DNA of 61,371 nucleotides from an uncultured Bacillales bacterium (GTDB lineage Bacteria; Bacillota_I; Bacilli_A; RF39; UBA660): NCBI GenBank assembly GCA_947306705.1, contig CAMZHD010000001.1, positions 1 to 61,371 of the forward strand, read 5' to 3'. Shown piece by piece: positions 51,472 to 61,069 of this stretch (position 1 is its first letter; each line of letters starts with the position of its first letter). The notes under the pieces were generated by a model. It saw only the letters and a program-made list of their open reading frames with translations, ran no database searches and was not told where the DNA came from. The position numbers and the translations under genes were made by a program.

Positions 51472-54400
51472 CTATTCATCGGACATAAGCTTCATTAAAG
51501 CAGCTTTTCCTTTTTTGATAATATAACCAAATCCTGGAGATACTTCTGCACGAAGGATTCTTGCATTTGTAGTTACTTTTAATGTGAATTGGTTGCTTAA
51601 ACCATTTCCTAACCAGATACCTTCTGCTAAATCAACATTAGGTTTGAACCAAGGTTCGAAGTTAATTGATTTAATTGCGTCAATTCCATCTACAATAATA
51701 CATTTAATATTATTCTTATCCTTACAATCTGCAATTAACGTTGTTAGTTTTGTTTTTTCAATGGAACTTAGTTTTCCTAACATAGAATTAATATTGATAA
51801 AGAAGCAGATTGTTGTTTTCTCTGGATCATTAGAATTATATGCTTCATTTAATTTATCAATTGCTTCATAACATGTGTCAGTTGCATAGGTTACATTTGC
51901 ATCTGACATTTCTGTCATAACACTATTCGAATCAAATACTAAGACTTCTGTATTTTGAATCTTTAAGAAGTTACGAACGAATCCTGTTAAGAATTGAGGT
52001 TCTGCCGTAATATCTTCACCTGTAACACAGTATAGATATTTATCACGGAAGTTAATAGTAGCGATATCAAGTGTCTCTTTCTCAACTCCAACTGGTACAG
52101 TAGCGATAGATCCAAGTTCATGAGATACGAACTCTTGATTAACAGTTTCTGGTAAGATTGGGATTCTTGGTGCTTTGTAATCACAAATTTCATTTAATTT
52201 AGAAGATACAATCTTAACATAATCTGTAATTTTTTCTTCTTTATAAGTGTATGCTGTTTGGAATTCAAAGATACCATCTAGTAATATTAATCCACGACCA
52301 TATGCTTTAGAAGGCTCTTTCTTACGAACACCTGGAATAACAGATGCATAATCCATTGGGTCGTTGAATTGTAATACAACGTTTTGTTTGAAGTTTTGAC
52401 GTAGACGATAACGTACTGTGTTAGGTCCGTTTGTAGAGAAGATGAATACAACTCCATACTTCAAACAGTCTCTGGTCATTTGACCAATAATTTCTTCATA
52501 ATCTGGATATGTTTCTAAGAATGCTTCTACATTGTTGATGACGATTACGATTAATGGAATTTGTTTTCCACCATGGTTGATGTAGAAATCAAAAGATCCA
52601 TTGTAATCTACGAAGATTTTCTTTCTTTCTTCTACGATTCCTGCAATCATCTTAAATAAGTTTGCAATCTTTTCAGCATCTCCAGATAGGATTACTTCTC
52701 CTACATGAGGAGCTTGTCTAAACATTGTTAAAGTCTCTGCTCCAAAGTCTAAGATATAGAAGTTTACTTCTTTACTGTCATGAGTAGAGATTGTTGAATA
52801 AACAATACTTGCTAGCATTAACTCTTTACCACTACCAGCAGAACCAAATACGATTGTATTTCCTTCCGCTGATAAAGGAAGTGTTAACACATTTTGATTT
52901 TGGTTATCAGGATCATCATATTCTCCAATGATTGGATTAATGACATTCTTTTGTGCTCTGTAACCATATTTTTCCTTTAAAGCATCTACATAGATAACAT
53001 CAGGAATTCTATCTAGCCATAATTGATCGATAGAAACATCTTCATTTCTAGCTTGATCAACGATATAACGAATGATATTCGTAATTTCTTCACCATGAGA
53101 TGGAGCAACTACTTCATTTTGTTTTGGATCTAGAGATTTAATGGTACTTCCTACATTATCTACGATATTGATAGACTGATCGATTTTCTTCTTTCTTTTT
53201 TCTGTTGGATAGTATTGAGCTCCTGCCCAAGCAGCTTGTCCTTGTGCAAACAACTCGTTATAACCAACTTGTAGGAAGAATCGACCTGTTGTTTTTAACT
53301 CAGCAGCATCTGGACATTTAATCATATCCATAGAGTCTGATTTATCTTGAACTCTTAAACAAATTCTAAATTTAGAGTTTGACCAAATTTGATCATTAAC
53401 AACTCCACTTGGTTTCTGTGTTGCTAGAATAAGGTGGACTCCAAGGGAACGTCCAATACGAGCAGTTGAAATCAATTGATCCATGAATTCTGGTCTTTGG
53501 TCTTTCAACTCAGCGAACTCGTCTGAAATAATAAACAAATGTGAAATAGGTCTTTCTACTAATCCCTTACGATACAAACTTTGATATTTATAAATATCAA
53601 TAGTACTTTCATCTAACTTATCTCTTGCTTCATTAAACAATCTTTGACGTTTACGAAGCTCTGATTGAATAGATGCAAGGGAACGGTTCATTTCAACGGT
53701 ATCCAAGTTCGTAATAGTACCAGCTAAGTGAGGGAGTTTAATTCCAGTTTCTTTATTTTCAAAAGCTCCTGTTAAACCTCCTCCTTTATAGTCGATTAAT
53801 ACGAAGGATACTTCATATGGATGGTAGTTAATTGCCATTGATAAGATATACGTGATGATAAATTCAGATTTACCAGAACCAGTCATACCAGCAATCAAAC
53901 CGTGTGGTCCATGGAATTTTTCATGTAAGTCTAACTTAAATAATTCTCTTGATTTATCTAATCCAACTGGTGCTTGTAGAGATTTCGTAGGATCATTTGT
54001 TTTCCATCTATTTAAGATATTCAACTGATCAACCATACCAACATTATACATTTCAAGGAATGATACACTGTTTGGTAAAGCACGAGATTCTTTTGCGATA
54101 TCAATTGGGATATTTGCGATTACTTTGCAACATTCAAAGATATCTAATGTTGGATCAAAGTCAGCTTCAAATTCTTTTTGCTTATTCGCAACTAATTCAT
54201 TTTCGAATACTCCTGATTTCTTATCTCCAATACTTACGAATGTTTTACATTCATTTGGGATATTAATCAATCTAGGACTAATAACAATTAAACTAAATCC
54301 ATAGTTAATTGGCATTTCGCAAACGTCTTTAATAATTTCAAGATCTCTGACTAGTTTATAATCATCTGTAATGAATAAGTAATATGGTTTATATTTGTGG

Positions 54401-56049
54401 TAATCTACTCCACTTAATTCCATTTTACCGTTATTATCTTTGAACTTTCTTGCTTGCATTTCTTTCTCTAATTCCAAAGAAATTTCTTTTGCTTCGTCAA
54501 GATTGGTTGCAAAATAACGAACCATTCTATTATTACTCCAAGTATGAGGCGCTATCTTTAGATAATCCCAGTTAGGAGCATTTTGATCATTGGTAAAGAT
54601 TACTAGTTTTAAATCTTCATAACTATGATATGTTAACATTTGTAGAACTAATCCATCTAAGAATTGTTTTTTATTAACACCAGTACCAATAATCGCAACA
54701 ATATTCTTTTCAATAAAGTTTAGAGAAATTGGTACATTTTCAATCGTTCTAGAAGTAGCTCCTACTTTATAAACTTCTCTTAATAATTCATCATCTTTCA
54801 AAGAGAAATGTTCTTCAGGTACATTAACTTGTCCTTTTAATTCCGTAGATCCAACTCCTAAACGTAAGTCTAAGAAGTCATCTTGATCTAATTCTCTTTC
54901 CCATAAATTACGTTTCTTCTGATAAATTATTTCTTTAATTTGAGATAATGGAAGATAATTATCAATTAAGATTTGTCTTTGTAATTTTATTTCTGTTTGA
55001 ATCTTTTCTTTTTTAGATTCTAGATATGCTACATACTTTGTAGTACGTTCTTCTTCACTCTTCTTTAATTGCTTCTTTTGATATCTTCTTTGTAGGTTAG
55101 GCCATAAAATCATGGTAGATAACATAGCACCCGTCATGATTAATGTTGGAAGAGCTGCATTTAAATCTGTTGTTCCATCAATAACTCCTTGTAGAGTATT
55201 AATACCCATTGTCATAGAAGTCATTGCCATTGTTAACATTGGTCCTAAAGTGAACAATAATGGAGTTTTATCTTCTTCTTGTCCTCCTGGTGGTGGATCA
55301 ATATCAATTAAAGTTTCTTCAATTCCGGTTTTAAAACGAGGAGCACGATAGAAGTAATCATCTTCTTTATAGAATTCAATTCCTTCTTCATCAGGATTAT
55401 CAAATTCTGTTTGTTGTTGGATCACAGGTCCAACCGTTTGGAATTCTCCTCCATCAATTCTTAAAAAGTTTGGTATATTGTTTAAAATCAAAGTATCTTT
55501 CATTACTATTATTTTTAATCCCATAATAAAGATAATATCTCCATACTCTAATTGTTTTGTTGTAATAGAGGTATTATTTACGTATGTTCCATATTTACTA
55601 TTTAAATCTTGAACAATCCATTTACCACCATTGTAGATTAATCTAGCTTGTTGTTTAGATACTAGTGGATAATTATAATAAATTTCTGCACGGTTGTCCG
55701 TACCAATTAATATTTCTTTTTTATCTTCTACTTTTAATTTTAAGATCTCACGATCAGTAGAAGGAGAACAATACAAAATCACGAATTCATTATCCGTGTT
55801 TATTTTCAAAAAATATAGGCTATAATCTTTTAAGATTGCAGATTCTACTTCCTGATCTCCTGACATAATCTTTGTTTCGAAGTCGGACTTAATTTTCCAT
55901 TCACCATTGAATTCTTCTACATTGATTAAGTTTCTAGTATTACCAAAGTAGTCGTTATCTGTGATCCAGTAATTTCCTGATACTTTGGTGGGTAGAGAGA
56001 AGTTGTAGATTTTTTTCTTCTTGATTAATCTAACAATCACTAGAATCAC
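51472..56049 (-). CDS. essC: EssC/YukB-type FtsK-SpoIIIE family T7SS ATPase
   Basis: N-terminal tandem FHA-like region (LIGTDNRAEIY...SKQQARLIYNGGKWIVQDLNSKYGTYVN) and two TM segments. There are three P-loop domains: D1 GMTGSGKSE with DEFAEL, D2 GSAGSGKE, and D3 with a degenerate Walker A. The track start is a GTG at 56049; an alternative GTG lies 9 nt downstream. Confidence 0.9.
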   Translation of the reverse strand: MILVIVRLIKKKKIYNFSLPTKVSGNYWITDNDYFGNTRNLINVEEFNGEWKIKSDFETKIMSGDQEVESAILKDYSLYFLKINTDNEFVILYCSPSTDREILKLKVEDKKEILIGTDNRAEIYYNYPLVSKQQARLIYNGGKWIVQDLNSKYGTYVNNTSITTKQLEYGDIIFIMGLKIIVMKDTLILNNIPNFLRIDGGEFQTVGPVIQQQTEFDNPDEEGIEFYKEDDYFYRAPRFKTGIEETLIDIDPPPGGQEEDKTPLLFTLGPMLTMAMTSMTMGINTLQGVIDGTTDLNAALPTLIMTGAMLSTMILWPNLQRRYQKKQLKKSEEERTTKYVAYLESKKEKIQTEIKLQRQILIDNYLPLSQIKEIIYQKKRNLWERELDQDDFLDLRLGVGSTELKGQVNVPEEHFSLKDDELLREVYKVGATSRTIENVPISLNFIEKNIVAIIGTGVNKKQFLDGLVLQMLTYHSYEDLKLVIFTNDQNAPNWDYLKIAPHTWSNNRMVRYFATNLDEAKEISLELEKEMQARKFKDNNGKMELSGVDYHKYKPYYLFITDDYKLVRDLEIIKDVCEMPINYGFSLIVISPRLINIPNECKTFVSIGDKKSGVFENELVANKQKEFEADFDPTLDIFECCKVIANIPIDIAKESRALPNSVSFLEMYNVGMVDQLNILNRWKTNDPTKSLQAPVGLDKSRELFKLDLHEKFHGPHGLIAGMTGSGKSEFIITYILSMAINYHPYEVSFVLIDYKGGGLTGAFENKETGIKLPHLAGTITNLDTVEMNRSLASIQSELRKRQRLFNEARDKLDESTIDIYKYQSLYRKGLVERPISHLFIISDEFAELKDQRPEFMDQLISTARIGRSLGVHLILATQKPSGVVNDQIWSNSKFRICLRVQDKSDSMDMIKCPDAAELKTTGRFFLQVGYNELFAQGQAAWAGAQYYPTEKRKKKIDQSINIVDNVGSTIKSLDPKQNEVVAPSHGEEITNIIRYIVDQARNEDVSIDQLWLDRIPDVIYVDALKEKYGYRAQKNVINPIIGEYDDPDNQNQNVLTLPLSAEGNTIVFGSAGSGKELMLASIVYSTISTHDSKEVNFYILDFGAETLTMFRQAPHVGEVILSGDAEKIANLFKMIAGIVEERKKIFVDYNGSFDFYINHGGKQIPLIVIVINNVEAFLETYPDYEEIIGQMTRDCLKYGVVFIFSTNGPNTVRYRLRQNFKQNVVLQFNDPMDYASVIPGVRKKEPSKAYGRGLILLDGIFEFQTAYTYKEEKITDYVKIVSSKLNEICDYKAPRIPILPETVNQEFVSHELGSIATVPVGVEKETLDIATINFRDKYLYCVTGEDITAEPQFLTGFVRNFLKIQNTEVLVFDSNSVMTEMSDANVTYATDTCYEAIDKLNEAYNSNDPEKTTICFFININSMLGKLSSIEKTKLTTLIADCKDKNNIKCIIVDGIDAIKSINFEPWFKPNVDLAEGIWLGNGLSNQFTLKVTTNARILRAEVSPGFGYIIKKGKAALMKLMSDE

Positions 56050-56075
56050 CCCGTATTATTCTAATTATATAATAC

Positions 56076-56104
56076 ATTATATCTTCTTTTTTTCCTTTTT
56101 ACAA
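56076..56104 (-). promoter_or_regulatory. Putative sigma-A promoter of the essC operon
   Basis: The minus strand reads TTGTAA (56104->56099)-17 nt-TATAAT (56081->56076). Confidence 0.5.
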
Positions 56105-56122
56105 TATTCTTTTTTGCCTTTC

Positions 56123-56151
56123 TTGTGATTTATTTTTAATAATGGTATACT
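56123..56151 (+). promoter_or_regulatory. Putative divergent sigma-A promoter for the 56173 gene
   Basis: TTGTGA (56123-56128)-17 nt-TATACT (56146-56151). Confidence 0.5.
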
Positions 56152-56172
56152 GATACTAGCGGGAGGTTGTTT

Positions 56173-56586
56173 ATGGAGAAAAAAACATATCAATTAGTAG
56201 GAACTGTTAATATTTTAGGAGAGGTCCCAGATTTTATTCATGCCGTATTTATGTGTGAAGGAAAATACTACTTGCAGCACTGTTCTTTAAGTACAATCAT
56301 CGATACTTTTGTTCCCATAGAAGAGGAAGAAGTACTTGCTTGTATTAGACCGGTTCAAGAAAACATGTTTGATAAAGAGGCTCCTCGTTTCTTTCAAAAA
56401 GGGGATCCTGCGATGATAGCTTATCAATATGGAGAAAATGATGTATTTTTAGGAGATATTGATTCTTATGTTCAGTTTGCTAAAACAGTTCCACCTTGTG
56501 AATTTGCAGAAGATAAGGCTCAAGTCTTACGAGAGGATTCTAAAAAGAATAAGCAATATCAAAATAAATATTCAAAACAAGAATAA
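56173..56586 (+). CDS. Hypothetical protein (137 aa)
   Basis: The ORF has GGGAGG 6 nt upstream of the ATG at 56173. No motif recognised. Confidence 0.4.
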   Translation: MEKKTYQLVGTVNILGEVPDFIHAVFMCEGKYYLQHCSLSTIIDTFVPIEEEEVLACIRPVQENMFDKEAPRFFQKGDPAMIAYQYGENDVFLGDIDSYVQFAKTVPPCEFAEDKAQVLREDSKKNKQYQNKYSKQE

Positions 56587-56616
56587 AAAGAGTTCATTGA
56601 ACTCTTTTATTTTTTC
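56585..56616. terminator. Bidirectional terminator
   Basis: Stem AAAGAGTTC/GAACTCTTT with loop ATT, then TTATTTTTT. Confidence 0.75.
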
Positions 56617-57206
56617 TTTTTCATTTCTTTTTCAGGAATATCTTTTGAGATAACCCACATGATTAATGATCCTAAGAAGTTTCCAAGTACACAGATTAGG
56701 ATAGACCAATGAAATGTCTTCGCAACTCCTAATGTTACAATGTTTGCGATACAGTGTTGGAATCCACAAAAGATAAATAATGGAATTCCATAGATAATTC
56801 CTAGAGGAGTTCCCTTACGATACATAAATACTGCGATATACATGATAACTCCACAAAGAATGGACTTAATAAAGAATGGCATTGATACATTCCAGGTAGC
56901 TACTTTCGCCGTTGCGTTCGTAACGACTTCAGTATCTAATGTAGAATATACTAATCCAATCAAGTATCCTGCAACTAGATTCGTAAGTAGAATCATAAAT
57001 AAATCCACAGGTTTAATCTTATCTTGGAATAAAAATCCACACTTTCCTGTGAATAAGTTTTGCCCCATATAGCATACTCCTAATAGACCAAGGGCAAAGA
57101 TAACTGGACCTATTGGATTCCCTAGTTTTAATAGAGCATAATTTCCTAACGATATAAGGAAGGCTGCTCCTATACTCTTATTGATTAATTCGACTTTTCT
57201 ATTCAT
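56607..57206 (-). CDS. Short formate/nitrite-transporter (FNT)-like membrane protein
   Basis: GQNLFTGKCG and GFQHCIANI resemble the FNT signatures (ELFTGN, FEHSIAN). At 199 aa it is shorter than canonical FNTs. Confidence 0.45.
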   Translation of the reverse strand: MNRKVELINKSIGAAFLISLGNYALLKLGNPIGPVIFALGLLGVCYMGQNLFTGKCGFLFQDKIKPVDLFMILLTNLVAGYLIGLVYSTLDTEVVTNATAKVATWNVSMPFFIKSILCGVIMYIAVFMYRKGTPLGIIYGIPLFIFCGFQHCIANIVTLGVAKTFHWSILICVLGNFLGSLIMWVISKDIPEKEMKKKK

Positions 57207-57241
57207 AAAACCTCCTTATTAACATTATATCATTCTTTCAT

Positions 57242-57270
57242 AAAAAAATGGAAAGATTTACTTTCCATTT
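57242..57270 (-). terminator. Rho-independent terminator
   Basis: Stem AATGGAAAG/CTTTCCATT with the stop codon in the loop. The minus strand continues TTTTTTTA. Confidence 0.7.
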
Positions 57271-57686
57271 CCATGTCTTACTCCTAATGCATCAAAATCA
57301 GGTTTTGGTTTTTCCATTTCATCTATTATAAGACTCGCTATCATGTCTCCATATTGTTCATTTTCTTCTTCTAATCTTTTAATTTGTTCTTTATTCTGTT
57401 CTTGTCTAAGTCTTAAAACATTCATTTGATCTCTTGGTGTACGGAAGAAACTTCCTCCAATAGAACCTTCTCCGTATGATCCAAAGTAATTATGACCATC
57501 TTCTCCTAATACCGTAAATAATTTTTCTTGCCAAACGCTTCCATGAGCTGCCAAGTCTTCTGATAAACTTACTTTTGTAACGATTCCTCTTTTGTATTCT
57601 GATTCATCTTGAGTTGGTCCTAATTCTCTTCTATAACTGAATATTAATACTTCTGTTCCTACTTCTATATTTTTTCCATCCATCAT
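57258..57686 (-). CDS. Hypothetical protein (142 aa)
   Basis: ORF with an SD (AGGGGGAA). The C-terminus is coiled-coil. No motif recognised. Confidence 0.4.
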   Translation of the reverse strand: MMDGKNIEVGTEVLIFSYRRELGPTQDESEYKRGIVTKVSLSEDLAAHGSVWQEKLFTVLGEDGHNYFGSYGEGSIGGSFFRTPRDQMNVLRLRQEQNKEQIKRLEEENEQYGDMIASLIIDEMEKPKPDFDALGVRHGNGK

Positions 57687-57741
57687 AATGATTCCCCCTA
57701 AGTAGTTTCTTATTATACTGATTTTTCTTTATTTGTCAATG

Positions 57742-57770
57742 AAAAAGACATCTTCCTAGATGTCTTATTT
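57742..57770 (-). terminator. Rho-independent terminator
   Basis: Stem AAGACATCT/AGATGTCTT. The minus strand continues TTTTTCATTG. Confidence 0.7.
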
Positions 57771-58169
57771 GATTAACTTTTTCTCTAAGCAATAGGGTAC
57801 TACTTCATGCTTTAAAGTATTCGATAGAATATCTTCTCCTTCTTGAGTAGAATACCATAAGAATCTTTCTATTTCTTCTGATGTTGTGAGTTCTCCTTTT
57901 AATTCTCCTGTGTATTGAAATACATAAAAATGAATAGGAGTTTTTCCATCACTTGTTGCGATTTCATCGAATTCCATGACTAGTACAATCTTTGATTCAT
58001 CAAAGGTTGCTTCTTTTCCTAACTCTTCATGACATTCTCTGATTGCTGCTTGAAGAGGGGTTTCATTTTCTTCTACTCTACCACCAATCATTTGATAGGT
58101 TGGTCTTTTTCTTGGTTTATCTATTAACAAATGTTTATCTTTAAAAAACATTGTTCCTACTACATCCAT
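57765..58169 (-). CDS. NUDIX hydrolase
   Basis: Nudix box GGRVEENETPLQAAIRECHEELG. Confidence 0.8.
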   Translation of the reverse strand: MDVVGTMFFKDKHLLIDKPRKRPTYQMIGGRVEENETPLQAAIRECHEELGKEATFDESKIVLVMEFDEIATSDGKTPIHFYVFQYTGELKGELTTSEEIERFLWYSTQEGEDILSNTLKHEVVPYCLEKKLIK

Positions 58170-58178
58170 GTTATCCTC

Positions 58179-58967
58179 CTAAAACTTTAATTCTCGATTA
58201 TCAAACATTGATTTTCCATATTTTTCATAGACTTGATCTGCTGTACAAGATACGGTATCTTCCATTGTATAACCTAATTTCTTTAGTATGATTTCTAAAT
58301 CTTTTTCGTCTTTTCCTTCTACTTCTACATAGGTAGGAATTCCAGGCCAAGTATCGATATCTAATTCATATCCATCTAACACATAGGTAACTCTTTCTTT
58401 TTCTTGATAACTCTTGTATGCAAAACCTAATGCTTCTAAAAGATTGTTTGCTTCTTGAATACTAGGTACTTCTATTTCTGTTTCTAGCATTTGTTGGAGA
58501 GAAGTTCCATTATCCGCTAAGATATGTTTCACTGCGATGGTTGCTTTCTCATTTGTTTGTCTCACTCGAATCCATTTCTTAGAATTATTATGAAATTTCT
58601 TCATGAATCTTATAAATCTTGGATTCTTTAAAATCTCTAATAAGTTCTTTTTGGTACATAGGGAAGAAGTATTATTCATTCCTACTATTTCTTTCAACTG
58701 TTTCTTATCTTTTTCCGTTAATAAATTATCTAATTCAAAGAATAGTAGTTTTAATTTTTCAATGGCAGTTTCCACTTTAATATCACTTTCATGATCTTTT
58801 ATTTGTTCTCTAATATCAATGAATCTTCCATAGATGGTAGGTAAATCATATGTATATAGATATTGGTGTACTTCTCCTTTTAGAGTGGCTCCTTGTGCTT
58901 TTATTTTCTTAATAAAAGCATCTTTTTTAATATCTAATATTTTTACTTCTAGTTCCATTCTTTTCAT
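58179..58967 (-). CDS. CYTH-domain protein (CyaB/class IV adenylate cyclase or triphosphatase-like) with an internal insertion
   Basis: It opens with MELEVKIL (the ExExK-type start of the tunnel fold). Later motifs are IRVRQ, ETEIEV, YELDIDTWPGIPTYVEVEG. Start set to the ATG at 58967, after GGGAGGAG. Confidence 0.6.
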   Translation of the reverse strand: MKRMELEVKILDIKKDAFIKKIKAQGATLKGEVHQYLYTYDLPTIYGRFIDIREQIKDHESDIKVETAIEKLKLLFFELDNLLTEKDKKQLKEIVGMNNTSSLCTKKNLLEILKNPRFIRFMKKFHNNSKKWIRVRQTNEKATIAVKHILADNGTSLQQMLETEIEVPSIQEANNLLEALGFAYKSYQEKERVTYVLDGYELDIDTWPGIPTYVEVEGKDEKDLEIILKKLGYTMEDTVSCTADQVYEKYGKSMFDNRELKF

Positions 58968-58971
58968 AGAA

Positions 58972-59406
58972 TTACTCCTCCCATTTAATACTTTCAATTC
59001 CTGCTTCTTTTAGTAGTTTTTCTGCATATTGATCAGGATATTGTTTTCCATATACAATTCTTTTAATTCCGGCATTGATTAGCATTTTTGCACATATGAT
59101 ACAGGGTTCTTTTGTAACATATAATGTACTATTCTGAATATTTGCTTTTTTCTTTAGGGCATCTAATAGAGCATTTTGTTCTGCATGGACTACAAAACAT
59201 AACTCTTGTCGTTCTCCACTTTTCAATTGTAATTTCTTGCGAATACAAGTCTCTTCTGTACAAGGTTCAATTCCTTTTGGAACACTATTGACTCCTTTCG
59301 CAAGAATCTTACCATTCTTTACGATTAGTGCTCCTACTTTTCCTTTTATACAATTTGCTTTTTTGGATAATTTGAATGCTAAGTCCATGTATTCTTTATC
59401 AGTCAT
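58972..59406 (-). CDS. dCMP/cytidine deaminase family zinc enzyme
   Basis: HAEQNAL and PCIICAKMLINAGIKRIVY (the HAE...PCxxC zinc site). Start set to the ATG at 59406. Confidence 0.85.
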   Translation of the reverse strand: MTDKEYMDLAFKLSKKANCIKGKVGALIVKNGKILAKGVNSVPKGIEPCTEETCIRKKLQLKSGERQELCFVVHAEQNALLDALKKKANIQNSTLYVTKEPCIICAKMLINAGIKRIVYGKQYPDQYAEKLLKEAGIESIKWEE

Positions 59407-59437
59407 AAAACAACCTAAATTCAAATTTATTATATCA

Positions 59438-59465
59438 TAAAAAAGACCGAATCATCGGTCTATTT
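59438..59465 (-). terminator. Rho-independent terminator
   Basis: Stem AGACCGA/TCGGTCT with loop ATCA. The minus strand continues TTTTTTATG. Confidence 0.75.
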
Positions 59466-60536
59466 ATCAAAGATTGGTTCATTAATTGTGATTGTTTTTT
59501 TCGTATAATCGATGGTTGCTTCTACCCCATAAGGAAGTATTGTTCTTGGAGTAGCATGTCCAATGTTTATATTAAATAATACTGGAGTATCTAAGTCTCT
59601 AAATACTTTCTTATATACTTCTTTATATTCTTCGTAATAAGCTTCATCCATTGGTTTTCCAACAAGAACTCCTCTTACGGTTTCTAGTATTTTTTCTTTT
59701 TTAAAATACATTAATACTTTCTCTAATTTCTCTGGAGTCATCTTTTCTTCTGAGGTTTCTACAAAAAGGATTCTTTCACTCCATTCTTCTAATGTAGGAA
59801 GAAGTTTATACTTTTTATATATCTTATTCTCTTCTCCGTATCTTTCACTTGTATAAATATCATACAAGCTCTCAATACATCCACCAAATAGTTTTCCTGT
59901 TACTTTTCCTTTTCCATTTAAAACTTCATATCCATGTTTTTCTTGTTTTCTTTTTCTAGGGATTCCTACTTGATCTGGTCCAAAGTCTTCTCTTTCTAAA
60001 TACCAAACTGGACTTGATTCAATGGAATACCTTTTCTTATTTTGAAAGAACATTTCAAATGATTTCTTTGTATAAGGCAACATGTTCTTTCCAAGTTCTG
60101 CAAAATCTACTAATAGACATGGTCCATAGAATGTTTCTAATCCTAGTTTTTGGAACATCCAATGATTATTCGTTGTATCAGAGAATCCTGTGAATATTTT
60201 AGGATGCTTCTTTACTGCTTCTATAAACTCTTTATCTTCCATTAAATAGGGAATTGTTTTATAGGTATCATCTCCTCCAATAGCGGTAATGATTCCTTTT
60301 ATACTGTCATCTAAAAATGCTTGTTTTAAGTCTTGTGCTCTTAATTCTGGATGTTCAAATAATGTATCCATATCTTTTAGAGAATTATCCATAATCACTG
60401 GTTCTAATCCCAATTCTTTTAATCTTTTGATACCAAGATCTAATTCATGTTTAATAAATGGCATCCCTAATAATCCTCTTGATAAAGATACAATTGCCAC
60501 TTTATCTCCCTTTTGTAGTCTCTTTGGTTTTATCAT
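59460..60536 (-). CDS. S66-family LD-carboxypeptidase (LdcA/MccF-like)
   Basis: KGDKVAIVSLS, GFSDTTN (Ser nucleophile), C-terminal NINIGHATP (His). Confidence 0.75.
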   Translation of the reverse strand: MIKPKRLQKGDKVAIVSLSRGLLGMPFIKHELDLGIKRLKELGLEPVIMDNSLKDMDTLFEHPELRAQDLKQAFLDDSIKGIITAIGGDDTYKTIPYLMEDKEFIEAVKKHPKIFTGFSDTTNNHWMFQKLGLETFYGPCLLVDFAELGKNMLPYTKKSFEMFFQNKKRYSIESSPVWYLEREDFGPDQVGIPRKRKQEKHGYEVLNGKGKVTGKLFGGCIESLYDIYTSERYGEENKIYKKYKLLPTLEEWSERILFVETSEEKMTPEKLEKVLMYFKKEKILETVRGVLVGKPMDEAYYEEYKEVYKKVFRDLDTPVLFNINIGHATPRTILPYGVEATIDYTKKTITINEPIFDK

Positions 60537-60587
60537 AAAATCACCTTCTTTTCTTTATTATAGCATAGAAAAATCTTATTTTATCAA

Positions 60588-60615
60588 ACAAAAAAGCCCA
60601 CATAATGTGAGCTTG
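60588..60615 (-). terminator. Probable terminator after rpsI
   Basis: Imperfect stem AAGCCCACA/TGTGAGCTT (one mismatch). The minus strand continues TTTTTGTTTG. Confidence 0.55.
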
Positions 60616-60630
60616 AAACTTTTGAATAAA

Positions 60631-61056
60631 TTAACGTTTTGAGAATTGTGGAGCACGACGTGCTTTTTTCAATCCTGGTTTCTTACGTTCTTTCTTACGT
60701 GAATCTCTTGTGATGAATCCAGCAACTTTTAATGTTTTTCTGAAACTATTTTCTGAATCAGCTGGAGTCGTTTTATCATAATCTAATAAAGCTCTTGTGA
60801 TTCCTAAACGGATTGCTCCTGTTTGTCCTTGGAATCCTCCACCTTTAACTTCAGCGTTTACATCAAACATTTCTCTAGTATTTGTTAATTCTAGAGGTTG
60901 GCATAAATCCATTACGCAGATTTCTGAAGGGAAATATTCGTTTACGTCTCTTCCATTAACTGTAATTTTTCCAGTTCCTGGTGTTAAAGTAACTTTTGCT
61001 ACACTAGTCTTTCTGTGTCCAGTACCAGTATAAACATTTTTCTTTTCTTTTGCCAT
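60631..61056 (-). CDS. rpsI: 30S ribosomal protein S9
   Basis: [16 protein letters not shown]...[19 protein letters not shown]...RRAPQFSKR. Confidence 0.95.
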   Translation of the reverse strand: MAKEKKNVYTGTGHRKTSVAKVTLTPGTGKITVNGRDVNEYFPSEICVMDLCQPLELTNTREMFDVNAEVKGGGFQGQTGAIRLGITRALLDYDKTTPADSENSFRKTLKVAGFITRDSRKKERKKPGLKKARRAPQFSKR

Positions 61057-61069
61057 GACTTAAACCCTC

